Of a DNA stretch of 64,000 nt, positions 55,514-64,000 are shown piece by piece; the stretch's first letter is position 1, and the number at the start of each line of letters is the position of its first letter. The notes under the pieces are model-generated. The model saw nothing but the letters and a program-made list of their open reading frames with translations, was not told where the DNA came from and did no database searches. A program made the translations under genes and the position numbers. Source of the stretch: a virus; IMG/VR virus record IMGVR_UViG_3300032092_000005, positions 32,001 to 96,000 of that record, one strand, 5' to 3'.

Positions 55514-55530
55514 TAAGGTCATAGAACAAT

Positions 55531-58500
55531 ATGTCTACTCCAGGTAATATCAATTTAAACGTAAGTCCGTACTATGACGATTATAATGAGGATTCAGATT
55601 TCGTAAGAGTTCTATATCGTCCAGGGCGCGCAATTCAAGCAAGAGAATTGACACAAGCCCAAACATATCAACAGAAGCAATTTGAAAGATTTGCAAATTT
55701 TATTTTTGATGAAGGTGCTATTGTTGATGGATGTGAAATTTCTCCAAATTTAAAACTAGATTATGTTAAGCTTCAGTCAACATATTCTGGCAACACAGTA
55801 GTAGTAAACAATTTTGTTGGTCAACAAATTATTGGTGCTAATACTGGTGTTATTGCGCGAGTTAATTTAGCTACTGATCTTGAGGGCGATGATCCTAAGA
55901 CGCTATTCATATCTTACACTAGCGGTGGTGGTGCATTATTATCGTGCAACACTAACGACCAAATGGTTGTTGGTAATGAAATTAAATTTTCATTTCCTAT
56001 AGACACTACAAACACAGCCACAATTACTTCAGTATGGGACGATCCATACACAGGACAACCTTATTTTGTAATTACTGGCTCTGGAGATTTTCCAACTACA
56101 GTTCCAAATACAATAACAGGAACAAGCACCGACGTAAACGGAAGTCCATTTACTGTTTTATTGAATACTGGATTTGATAAGAGAACGTCTTCAAAATTTG
56201 AAGATTCTGAAATATTAATTTGCACTACCACTACTGGCACATTCTACGCAAATACTGCAACTTTAGATGCGACACAACATGTTGTTGATCCAGATAGTGA
56301 AACCGAAGTTACTTTTACAAAAGGTTCTGCATTAACTATTGGTGCAGGAATTGTTTATATTGCAGGTCATTTTGTAAATCGTGATTCGCAAACAATCGTA
56401 TTAGACAAATACACTAATACACCATCTTACAAAGTTGGATTAGTTCCTAATGTCGAATTTGTAGATTCGATTGATGATTTTTCATTAGTCGATAATGCGC
56501 AAGGAAGTCCTAACTTTCAAGCACCGGGCGCAGATAGACTTAAAATTACAACAACACTCAAAAAGTATGATTTGAATGATGATGTAGTTTTGGATAGTTT
56601 TGTGTCTTATGTTGAAATTGACGAGGGCACAATAAGAAAGCGTAAAACTATTGAAATTGGTGGTCAAATTGAAGATGCTATTGCACAGCGTACATATGAA
56701 GAATCTGGTGACTACACATTAAACGATCCAATTATTGCTGCGCGTGAGCATTTAATTAATGGTGATAATCGTGGACGATATACTCTAGGACAAGGAGGCG
56801 ATAATGAACTTCTAATTATTAACGTTGATCCAATAACAGCATATGTTTCGGGATATAGATATGAAACTGTTGGTAAAGCGGAAGTTAATATTCGCAAAGG
56901 AACAGATACTCAATATAATGAACAAGTAAAAACACAATTAGCTTTTGGCGGTGGCATAAATGTTAAAGAAGTTGTCGGCGCCTGGGATATCAATCAAGGC
57001 ACTAAAGTAGATATATACAACACTTTTCAGACTGCAATTTCAAATACAACCTTTGCTTCTACTACAGTAGCTGGTACTAAAATTGGTACTGCTAGAATTA
57101 AGTCTTTAGAATTCGTAAGTGGTACTCCAGGAATATCTACTGCTGTATATAATTTCTATCTATATGATATAGCTATGTTAGCTTCAGCCGATTTTTCTAC
57201 TGCGCGTTCATTTTATCTTCCTGGCTCTCCAGCAAAATTTGCAGACATTGTTCTGGACGATTTAGGGCGAGCGGTACTGTCGGACGCAACATTTGATAAA
57301 CTGATTTTTAAATTGCCATACAGCGCAACAAAAACTCTACGTGATACTAACAACAACATTGAATCTGGATTTTATTTTAAATCTGAAAAATCATTTACTT
57401 TTACTTCTGGTAGTGCTACCTTAAATTCTACGGATGCTAGTGAAACTTTTGAGGGTACTGGTGCATTGACTGTCTCACAGAAAAATAATAATTACTATCT
57501 TGTGCCAACAACTACATCAAACACTGCTGCTTTGACTGGTACTGTAGCAATTGCTGCAAGTAGTAATGTAGTAGTAGGTACAGGAACAACATTCTCATCG
57601 CAGTTTAATGTTGGAGATGTTATTCGTGTAAATAGTCTAGATAGAATTGTGGGTGCTATTAGTAATGCGACACACATGACGTTGACTACAACTCATACTG
57701 GTGCGACTGCAAATACATATTCTAAATCTTTTCCTGCGGGCAAACCAATTAGTTTATCTGGATTTGGAACATACGGTTCAGGAGTAAGAAGCGCGACAGT
57801 CGGCACAGGAGGTGCATCCATTACGATTGATATTGCAGAGAATATTGCACCTGATGCTAAACTAATTGCTTCAATGGCTAGAAGTAATGCTAGAGAAAAG
57901 TCTAAGCTATTAAGCTACGGTAATGAAGTTTATATTCAAGCGAACACTCATCCTATCGGAATAACTGGACCATGGAGTTTAGGAAAAGGTGACGTAATTA
58001 CAGTACGTGCAATTTATCAGGCAAATAATTTTGCTTCTGTTCCTACGACAGCAAACACTAACGTAACTGCATATTATACTCTTAACAATGGTCAGACTGA
58101 TAATACATACGAACATGCAACACTCTCACCAATTAATGGAACTATTCCTACTGGTAGATTGCTAGTAGTATTTGATTCATATAATCATAACACTACTCAA
58201 GGTACTGGATACTTCTCAATCGATTCATATCCAATTAATGACTCGATAGATTCAAATACTACGATTACGACTTCAGAAGTTCCTGTATACATTAGTAAAA
58301 AAACTGGAGATACATATAATCTACGCGACTGTTTAGATTTTAGACCAATTAAGACTGCAAACACTACTGCAATAAATCCTATTGATCCAGAAACGTATCA
58401 AATACCTACAACTGGTTCTGTCGGTCTTCACATTCCTACACCAGATTCTGATTTTGATGCAGACTTGATTTATTATAAGGGTAGAAAATCTAGATTATAT

Positions 58501-61500
58501 CTAGATCAAGATGGAGAATTCAAAATCAACGATGGTCCTGCTTTAGATCAAGATTCTACATCACCAGCAGCTATTCCAGGTACACTACAGTTAGCAGAAT
58601 TGACTATTCCTCCATACCCATCTTTAATATCTGGAGTCGGCATAACTCCATTTAAAAATAGAAGATATACTATGCGGGACGTTGGCTCTATTGAACAAAG
58701 AGTATTCGATTTAGAAGCTTATAATTTAATGAATTCTGCTGAAAAGCAAGTTGTAAATACTGTCATTGTCGATTCTGTTACTGGTGTAGACAAATTAAAA
58801 AATGGACTTTTAGTAGACGTATTTACTGGACACAATACTGCTGACGTAAACTCTCCATTATACAAAGCGTCAATTGATAGACATAATAATTGTGTGACAG
58901 CATATTCAAATAATGAAATGCAGATCGCATTAGCATATAATACGGCTGGTTCTTCTGGTGTAACTAAAACATCTGGTAAGAAATTGATGTTAGCGTACAC
59001 TCAGATTGTGTCTACAGCAAATCAGTATTTTGTTACATCAAATACTATAATATCTGATATTCCAAGTAATTTTGTTGGAGATTTATCTCTATTTCCATCT
59101 ACAGATAACTGGCTCAATACTACAAGAGTTCCTGGAAAAGATTTAGCAAATGATCCTACAGGACAATTAGATAACTGGAAAATTAGAGCAGATGCATGGA
59201 ACACAGAAATTAATCCAGCAGTAAGATATTTTATCGGTGATAATCCTACAGTTCGTAGTTTAGAATCTACAGGAGTAGTTTCTTCAAGCGTTTCTTCTTC
59301 TACTGTAAGCGCATTGAATAGTGCTATTCTTACACAACAACAAACTAACCCTGCTACAGGCAGAGTTTTAGATACTTCTGTTCAACACACTATGCGTAGC
59401 CGTGATATTATTGTATCTGCAAATGGATTAAAAAATTCTACTAGACTGTACTTCTATTTTGATGGTATGGATGTTACTGCTAATACTACTCCGATATCAA
59501 TAAGTGGAACAATTTCTGACATTTATGAAACATTTGATGCTAATGGATTTCTTCCACAAACATCTGCATTATTCACTAGACAAATTGCAGGAGAAACTGG
59601 AATTACTTCAGCTAATGGTAAATTTACTGGCATTTTTAGAGTTCCGGCAGATAAATTTAATGTTGGTGCAAGAGAATTTAAAATTTCAGATAAATCTACT
59701 TACGGCGACACTTCAGAATCTTCTTATGCTAGATGTGTATTCTATGCACAAGGATCGTCTATAACAAGTACTAGCAGCATTTTAGACACAAGACCTACTA
59801 ATAGATTATCAAATAAATCTTTAGTTTCTTCGTTAGAAAAAGACGTTGAAAGTGGCACAGCTACAAGAATTATTGATCCTCTGATTCAAACATTCACTGT
59901 AGACCCAAGCACATACACTAAAGGTATGATGGTAACTTCAGTTGATTTATTTTTTGCAGCAAAACCAACTACATCCTCTACTGATGGCGTGACTTTAGAT
60001 ATTAGAGAATATGATTACGTTAGCAAAGCACCATCTCGAAATATTATTGGAAATCAAATTGCTAGATTAGAGAATAGTTCAATTAATGTTAATACGAATC
60101 CTACGTCAAGCACTCCTAGTACGTTTACATTCTCTAATCCTATATATTTACAACCTGGTAAAACATATTGCATTGCTATTAAGCCTGATGGCAATAATCC
60201 TGCATATAAATTGTGGATTGCAGAAGCTAATCAAAGAGACTTATCATCTTCGACAATTACGAATAGATATGTTACATTAACTTCACAGACTGAATTGTGG
60301 ACACCATCGTCAGGTGGAAAATGGACAAAATCAACTACTAAAGACTTAAAGTTTGCAGTAAAAATTGCTCGATTCTTTGATCCTAAATTAGTAACATCTA
60401 AAAGAGGTGTTGCAGTATTAAACAATATGCCAATTTCTAATACAATTAGTGGCATTACTTATACTGGAATATATCCAAATGTTGAAGATTTATCTTTGTC
60501 TGCTACTGAAATTGCATATGAAATAGCACAAGCTAATGCTTCATCTTCATCTGTTTCTACTTTCACTCAGATTAAAAATTTAGAACTTATTAAAAATAGC
60601 GTCCTATATCAGATATCTAACACTGCAACAGAATTTACTGGTGGATTTAAATCATTAAAAATTCGCGCATCACTTAGAACCGATGATGCATATGTTTCTC
60701 CATATATTGATTTGCAAAGAATTAATTGTGCGTTGACTAAAAATGAAATTAATGATTCACTATATGCTACTGTAACAGGTACTGCTGAATTGAGTTCATC
60801 TAGTAATGTTGTTATTGGATATGGAACAACATTTAGCACAGAGCTTGCTGGTGTGAAATATATTAAAACATCGACAAATGAATACCGTCAAATTATCAGT
60901 ATCAGTAACAATTCATACTTAACTGTTGCAAACAATTTTAATACGACTTCTAATGGAGTATCAATATATTACAATACTGAAGATAATCCAGTAGGACCAC
61001 ACACAGCATTAAGTAGATATATCACAAGAGTTGTTACATTGAATGATGGATTTGATTCTTCAGACTTAATTGTGTACTTAGACGTTAATCGCCAGAAGAC
61101 TACTGATATTAAGGTATACTATAAGATATTGAATAGCGCAGATCAGGATGCGTTTAATGATAAATTCTGGACAGAAATGAGTTTAGAAGGTCTTAAAACA
61201 TTTGCAACATCTCCTAATGACTACTCGCTGCAAAAATATGTAGTACCACAGTTTGGTAAAAAGATAGTACTATTAACTGGAACTGCAAATACTAATACTA
61301 CTACTGCTGCAATAGTTGGAACAGGCACATTGTTCACTGAGCAACTGAAAGCTAATGACACTATTGCACTTGGATTAAGTAAGACTCAAGGTATTGTTTC
61401 AAGTATTTCAAATAATACCTATATGACATTGCAATCTGTTCCTGCTGCTAACACTACAGGACAAGACATATATAGATCAATGGAAAATACTATTACATAT

Positions 61501-61623
61501 ACTACACCTAATGGTATAACATACAGTGGATTTAAATCTTTTGCAGTAAAAATAGTATTTTTGTCTAGCAATATTTGCAATATTCCTAAAGTTAAAACTG
61601 TTAGGGCAGTCGCTTTAGTATAA
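55531..61623 (+). CDS. large virion structural protein (DUF4815/VrlC-like)
   Basis: PYYDD; RPGRAIQARELTQ; APGADR; RTYEESGDY; RRYTMRD. Confidence 0.8.
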   Translation: MSTPGNINLNVSPYYDDYNEDSDFVRVLYRPGRAIQARELTQAQTYQQKQFERFANFIFDEGAIVDGCEISPNLKLDYVKLQSTYSGNTVVVNNFVGQQIIGANTGVIARVNLATDLEGDDPKTLFISYTSGGGALLSCNTNDQMVVGNEIKFSFPIDTTNTATITSVWDDPYTGQPYFVITGSGDFPTTVPNTITGTSTDVNGSPFTVLLNTGFDKRTSSKFEDSEILICTTTTGTFYANTATLDATQHVVDPDSETEVTFTKGSALTIGAGIVYIAGHFVNRDSQTIVLDKYTNTPSYKVGLVPNVEFVDSIDDFSLVDNAQGSPNFQAPGADRLKITTTLKKYDLNDDVVLDSFVSYVEIDEGTIRKRKTIEIGGQIEDAIAQRTYEESGDYTLNDPIIAAREHLINGDNRGRYTLGQGGDNELLIINVDPITAYVSGYRYETVGKAEVNIRKGTDTQYNEQVKTQLAFGGGINVKEVVGAWDINQGTKVDIYNTFQTAISNTTFASTTVAGTKIGTARIKSLEFVSGTPGISTAVYNFYLYDIAMLASADFSTARSFYLPGSPAKFADIVLDDLGRAVLSDATFDKLIFKLPYSATKTLRDTNNNIESGFYFKSEKSFTFTSGSATLNSTDASETFEGTGALTVSQKNNNYYLVPTTTSNTAALTGTVAIAASSNVVVGTGTTFSSQFNVGDVIRVNSLDRIVGAISNATHMTLTTTHTGATANTYSKSFPAGKPISLSGFGTYGSGVRSATVGTGGASITIDIAENIAPDAKLIASMARSNAREKSKLLSYGNEVYIQANTHPIGITGPWSLGKGDVITVRAIYQANNFASVPTTANTNVTAYYTLNNGQTDNTYEHATLSPINGTIPTGRLLVVFDSYNHNTTQGTGYFSIDSYPINDSIDSNTTITTSEVPVYISKKTGDTYNLRDCLDFRPIKTANTTAINPIDPETYQIPTTGSVGLHIPTPDSDFDADLIYYKGRKSRLYLDQDGEFKINDGPALDQDSTSPAAIPGTLQLAELTIPPYPSLISGVGITPFKNRRYTMRDVGSIEQRVFDLEAYNLMNSAEKQVVNTVIVDSVTGVDKLKNGLLVDVFTGHNTADVNSPLYKASIDRHNNCVTAYSNNEMQIALAYNTAGSSGVTKTSGKKLMLAYTQIVSTANQYFVTSNTIISDIPSNFVGDLSLFPSTDNWLNTTRVPGKDLANDPTGQLDNWKIRADAWNTEINPAVRYFIGDNPTVRSLESTGVVSSSVSSSTVSALNSAILTQQQTNPATGRVLDTSVQHTMRSRDIIVSANGLKNSTRLYFYFDGMDVTANTTPISISGTISDIYETFDANGFLPQTSALFTRQIAGETGITSANGKFTGIFRVPADKFNVGAREFKISDKSTYGDTSESSYARCVFYAQGSSITSTSSILDTRPTNRLSNKSLVSSLEKDVESGTATRIIDPLIQTFTVDPSTYTKGMMVTSVDLFFAAKPTTSSTDGVTLDIREYDYVSKAPSRNIIGNQIARLENSSINVNTNPTSSTPSTFTFSNPIYLQPGKTYCIAIKPDGNNPAYKLWIAEANQRDLSSSTITNRYVTLTSQTELWTPSSGGKWTKSTTKDLKFAVKIARFFDPKLVTSKRGVAVLNNMPISNTISGITYTGIYPNVEDLSLSATEIAYEIAQANASSSSVSTFTQIKNLELIKNSVLYQISNTATEFTGGFKSLKIRASLRTDDAYVSPYIDLQRINCALTKNEINDSLYATVTGTAELSSSSNVVIGYGTTFSTELAGVKYIKTSTNEYRQIISISNNSYLTVANNFNTTSNGVSIYYNTEDNPVGPHTALSRYITRVVTLNDGFDSSDLIVYLDVNRQKTTDIKVYYKILNSADQDAFNDKFWTEMSLEGLKTFATSPNDYSLQKYVVPQFGKKIVLLTGTANTNTTTAAIVGTGTLFTEQLKANDTIALGLSKTQGIVSSISNNTYMTLQSVPAANTTGQDIYRSMENTITYTTPNGITYSGFKSFAVKIVFLSSNICNIPKVKTVRAVALV

Positions 61624-61638
61624 AAGCATCATAAATAT

Positions 61639-61881
61639 ATGAACACAATTCAACTCACAGAAAAAGTAGCAGGCTTTAGTGAACGTGATTTACATTCTAA
61701 AGCACTACTAAATACTGATACAGATGCACTTATGAGATATAAGCTACAGAGACAAAGAGCACTTCGTGATACACAGAGTAGTGAGGACATAGTTTCTATG
61801 AAACAAGAACTATCGTGTCTAAAAAATGATTTAAATTGTATAAAAGAAATGCTTTTAAAAATAACAAAAGAAGGTAAGTAA
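61639..61881 (+). CDS. small coiled-coil hypothetical protein
   Basis: 80 aa; CATAAATA upstream. Confidence 0.65.
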   Translation: MNTIQLTEKVAGFSERDLHSKALLNTDTDALMRYKLQRQRALRDTQSSEDIVSMKQELSCLKNDLNCIKEMLLKITKEGK

Positions 61882-64000
61882 ATGCCAATCCTAACCGTTG
61901 ATCAATCAAACACCTTTAACCAGTTTAGAGTAACTACTAACCAGGTTATTGCTAATGTCAATTCACAGTATGATGGAACTGCGAATCTCATTTTAAATAG
62001 CGCAAATAGCACGACTATAAATGTCGCTTCATTGACGGTTTATGGTGACGCAGCCATTCAAGGCGGCGACATTACTACAAACAATTTAACATTTACTGTA
62101 GCGAATGCAACCGCAACAACACTACAACTAGGTGGTGCTGCTAACGTATTGATCGGTTCTACTACAGGCAATACTAATATCCGTTCTGCAAATACAGTAC
62201 TCTCTGGTGATCTAGTTGTTCAAGGTGGAGATATTAACACCAATCAAACAACATTTAATGTAGCAAACACTACAGCGACAACTTTAGAACTTGGTGGTGC
62301 TGCTAACGTCAACATCGGCTCTACAGCAGGCAATACTAATATCCGTTCTGCAAATACTGTATTAGTCGGAGATTTGATTGTTCAAGGTGGCGACATTAAC
62401 ACCAATCAAGCATCATTCACTGTAGCAAATACTACAGCGACAACCGTGAACGTCGGCGGTGCTGCAACTTCTGTATTGATTGGTGCAACAACAGGTAACA
62501 CCATAATTCGTTCAGCAAATACAGTATTAGTTGGTGACTTGATTGTTCAAGGTGGCGACATTAACACTGATCAAGCTTCATTTACTGTAGCAAATACTAC
62601 AGCAACAACACTGAGCGTTGGTGGCGCAGCAACTTCATTACTATTAGGCGCGACAACTGGTACTGCAACAATTAGAAATGCGACTACAGTTATCACTGGA
62701 GACTTGACAGTATCTGGTGGAGATATTGTAGGTACAGCATCATTAAATCTTGCTAATGTAACAACAACAAATTTAGAATTAGGTGGTGCTGCTAATGTAA
62801 ACATCGGTTCAGCCACTGGCAATACAACAATTCGCAGTGCAAATACAGTATTGTCTGGTGATCTATTTGTTAACGGTGGTGATGTTAATACTAATCAAAC
62901 AACATTCACATTAGCAAATACAACATCAACAACATTGGAATTGGGTGGTGCCGCTAATGTAAACATCGGTTCAGCCACTGGCAATACAACAATTCGCAGT
63001 GCAAATACAGTATTGTCTGGTGATCTATTTGTTAACGGTGGTGATGTTAATACCAATCAAACATCATTTAACGTAGCAAATGCAACAGCAACGACACTCA
63101 GCGTTGGTGGTGCTGCTACAGATTTAATGTTAGGTGCTACTACAGGCACAGCAACAATTCGCAATGCAACTACAGTAATTACTGGAGACTTGACGGTATC
63201 TGGTGGAGACATTGTAGGTACTGCATCATTAAATCTTGCTAACGTAACAACAACGACACTACAAATTGGCGGTGCAGCTAATGTAACTATTGGTTCCGCT
63301 ACAGGCAATACTAATGTCCGTTCTGCGAACACAGTATTAACGGGCGACTTGTTTGTTCAAGGTGGTGATATTGTTACAACGACTGCAACAGCAAACTTAG
63401 CAAACTCTACGACTACGACATTGAACATCGGTGGTGCAGCAACTTCAATTACGATAGGTGCTGCAAATAGTGGAACATTCACTATTAATAACAATAAAGC
63501 CGTTATTAACAGCACAGGAGCATTACGTGTTCCTGTTGGTAATACTGCACAACGTTTAACAGCATCACAAGGTGAAGTTAGATACAACACAGACGTAACT
63601 GCATATGAAGGTTATGACGGCTCAAACTGGTCAAGTCTTGGTGGTGTAAAATCTGTAGACGGCTTGACATTTATTATTGCAGAAACATCTCCAGGCGCTT
63701 CTGACGATACTCTCCACTTCTATACTGCAAACGGCGCAACAAGCTATGAAGTAGCGCAGATGAATGCAACTAAGCTTGCAATTCTTCAGAGTACCGAAGC
63801 TTCAAACACAACAACTGGCGCATTAACTGTAGCTGGTGGTGTGGGTATTGCAGGTAATCTGTATGTAGGTGGAACTCAAACATTTACTGGTAGCACGACC
63901 CTTACTGGAGACTTAGCAGTTAATGGCGGTGATATTACAACAACTTCAAGCGCATTTACTCTTGCTAATACTAATGCATTAACTCTAGAGCTTGGCGGCG
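61882..64000 (+). CDS. tail fibre-like repeat protein (runs off window)
   Basis: MPILTVDQSNTFNQFR..TN start; GDL.V.GGD/ANTT/GGAA repeats; VPVGNTAQR..GEVRYN..YEGY module. Confidence 0.8.
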   Translation, partial: MPILTVDQSNTFNQFRVTTNQVIANVNSQYDGTANLILNSANSTTINVASLTVYGDAAIQGGDITTNNLTFTVANATATTLQLGGAANVLIGSTTGNTNIRSANTVLSGDLVVQGGDINTNQTTFNVANTTATTLELGGAANVNIGSTAGNTNIRSANTVLVGDLIVQGGDINTNQASFTVANTTATTVNVGGAATSVLIGATTGNTIIRSANTVLVGDLIVQGGDINTDQASFTVANTTATTLSVGGAATSLLLGATTGTATIRNATTVITGDLTVSGGDIVGTASLNLANVTTTNLELGGAANVNIGSATGNTTIRSANTVLSGDLFVNGGDVNTNQTTFTLANTTSTTLELGGAANVNIGSATGNTTIRSANTVLSGDLFVNGGDVNTNQTSFNVANATATTLSVGGAATDLMLGATTGTATIRNATTVITGDLTVSGGDIVGTASLNLANVTTTTLQIGGAANVTIGSATGNTNVRSANTVLTGDLFVQGGDIVTTTATANLANSTTTTLNIGGAATSITIGAANSGTFTINNNKAVINSTGALRVPVGNTAQRLTASQGEVRYNTDVTAYEGYDGSNWSSLGGVKSVDGLTFIIAETSPGASDDTLHFYTANGATSYEVAQMNATKLAILQSTEASNTTTGALTVAGGVGIAGNLYVGGTQTFTGSTTLTGDLAVNGGDITTTSSAFTLANTNALTLELGG

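Overview
AT-rich segment of a large T4-like myophage genome (gp2/4/5/6/7/8/25/26/32/33/48/51/53/54/59 homologs, TATAAATA late promoters). The host is probably a betaproteobacterium, inferred only from the tmRNA type and tag. Layout: small early genes (1-3.3 kb); an RNA-rich island (3.3-10.7 kb) with 28 tRNAs covering all 20 amino acids plus fMet-like and Ile2 tRNAs; RNA ligase, phosphoesterase, PhoH and exonuclease genes (10.7-22 kb); a two-piece permuted tmRNA (22.1-22.5 kb); an 11-gene sugar-nucleotide/glycosyltransferase cluster (22.5-31.1 kb); replication/late genes; then tail, baseplate and fibre genes to the window end. The best candidate for a new system is a DUF2828-type (Ro60/TROVE-like, vWA-MIDAS) gene surrounded by six small RNAs. 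These share a covarying terminal stem and a TWCMGCAA motif but carry different cargo, including a YrlA-like circularly permuted tRNA and a tRNA-Lys anticodon stem-loop mimic. Other candidates are a leader-peptide terminator/antiterminator switch ahead of the tRNA operon, a second family of CCA-anchored stem RNAs, an ORF filling the tmRNA intervening segment, a TGTTG-N8-CAACA promoter regulon, a gp26/gp51 -1 frameshift site and a Hint domain in gp5. All family assignments come from motif recognition by eye; no searches were run.
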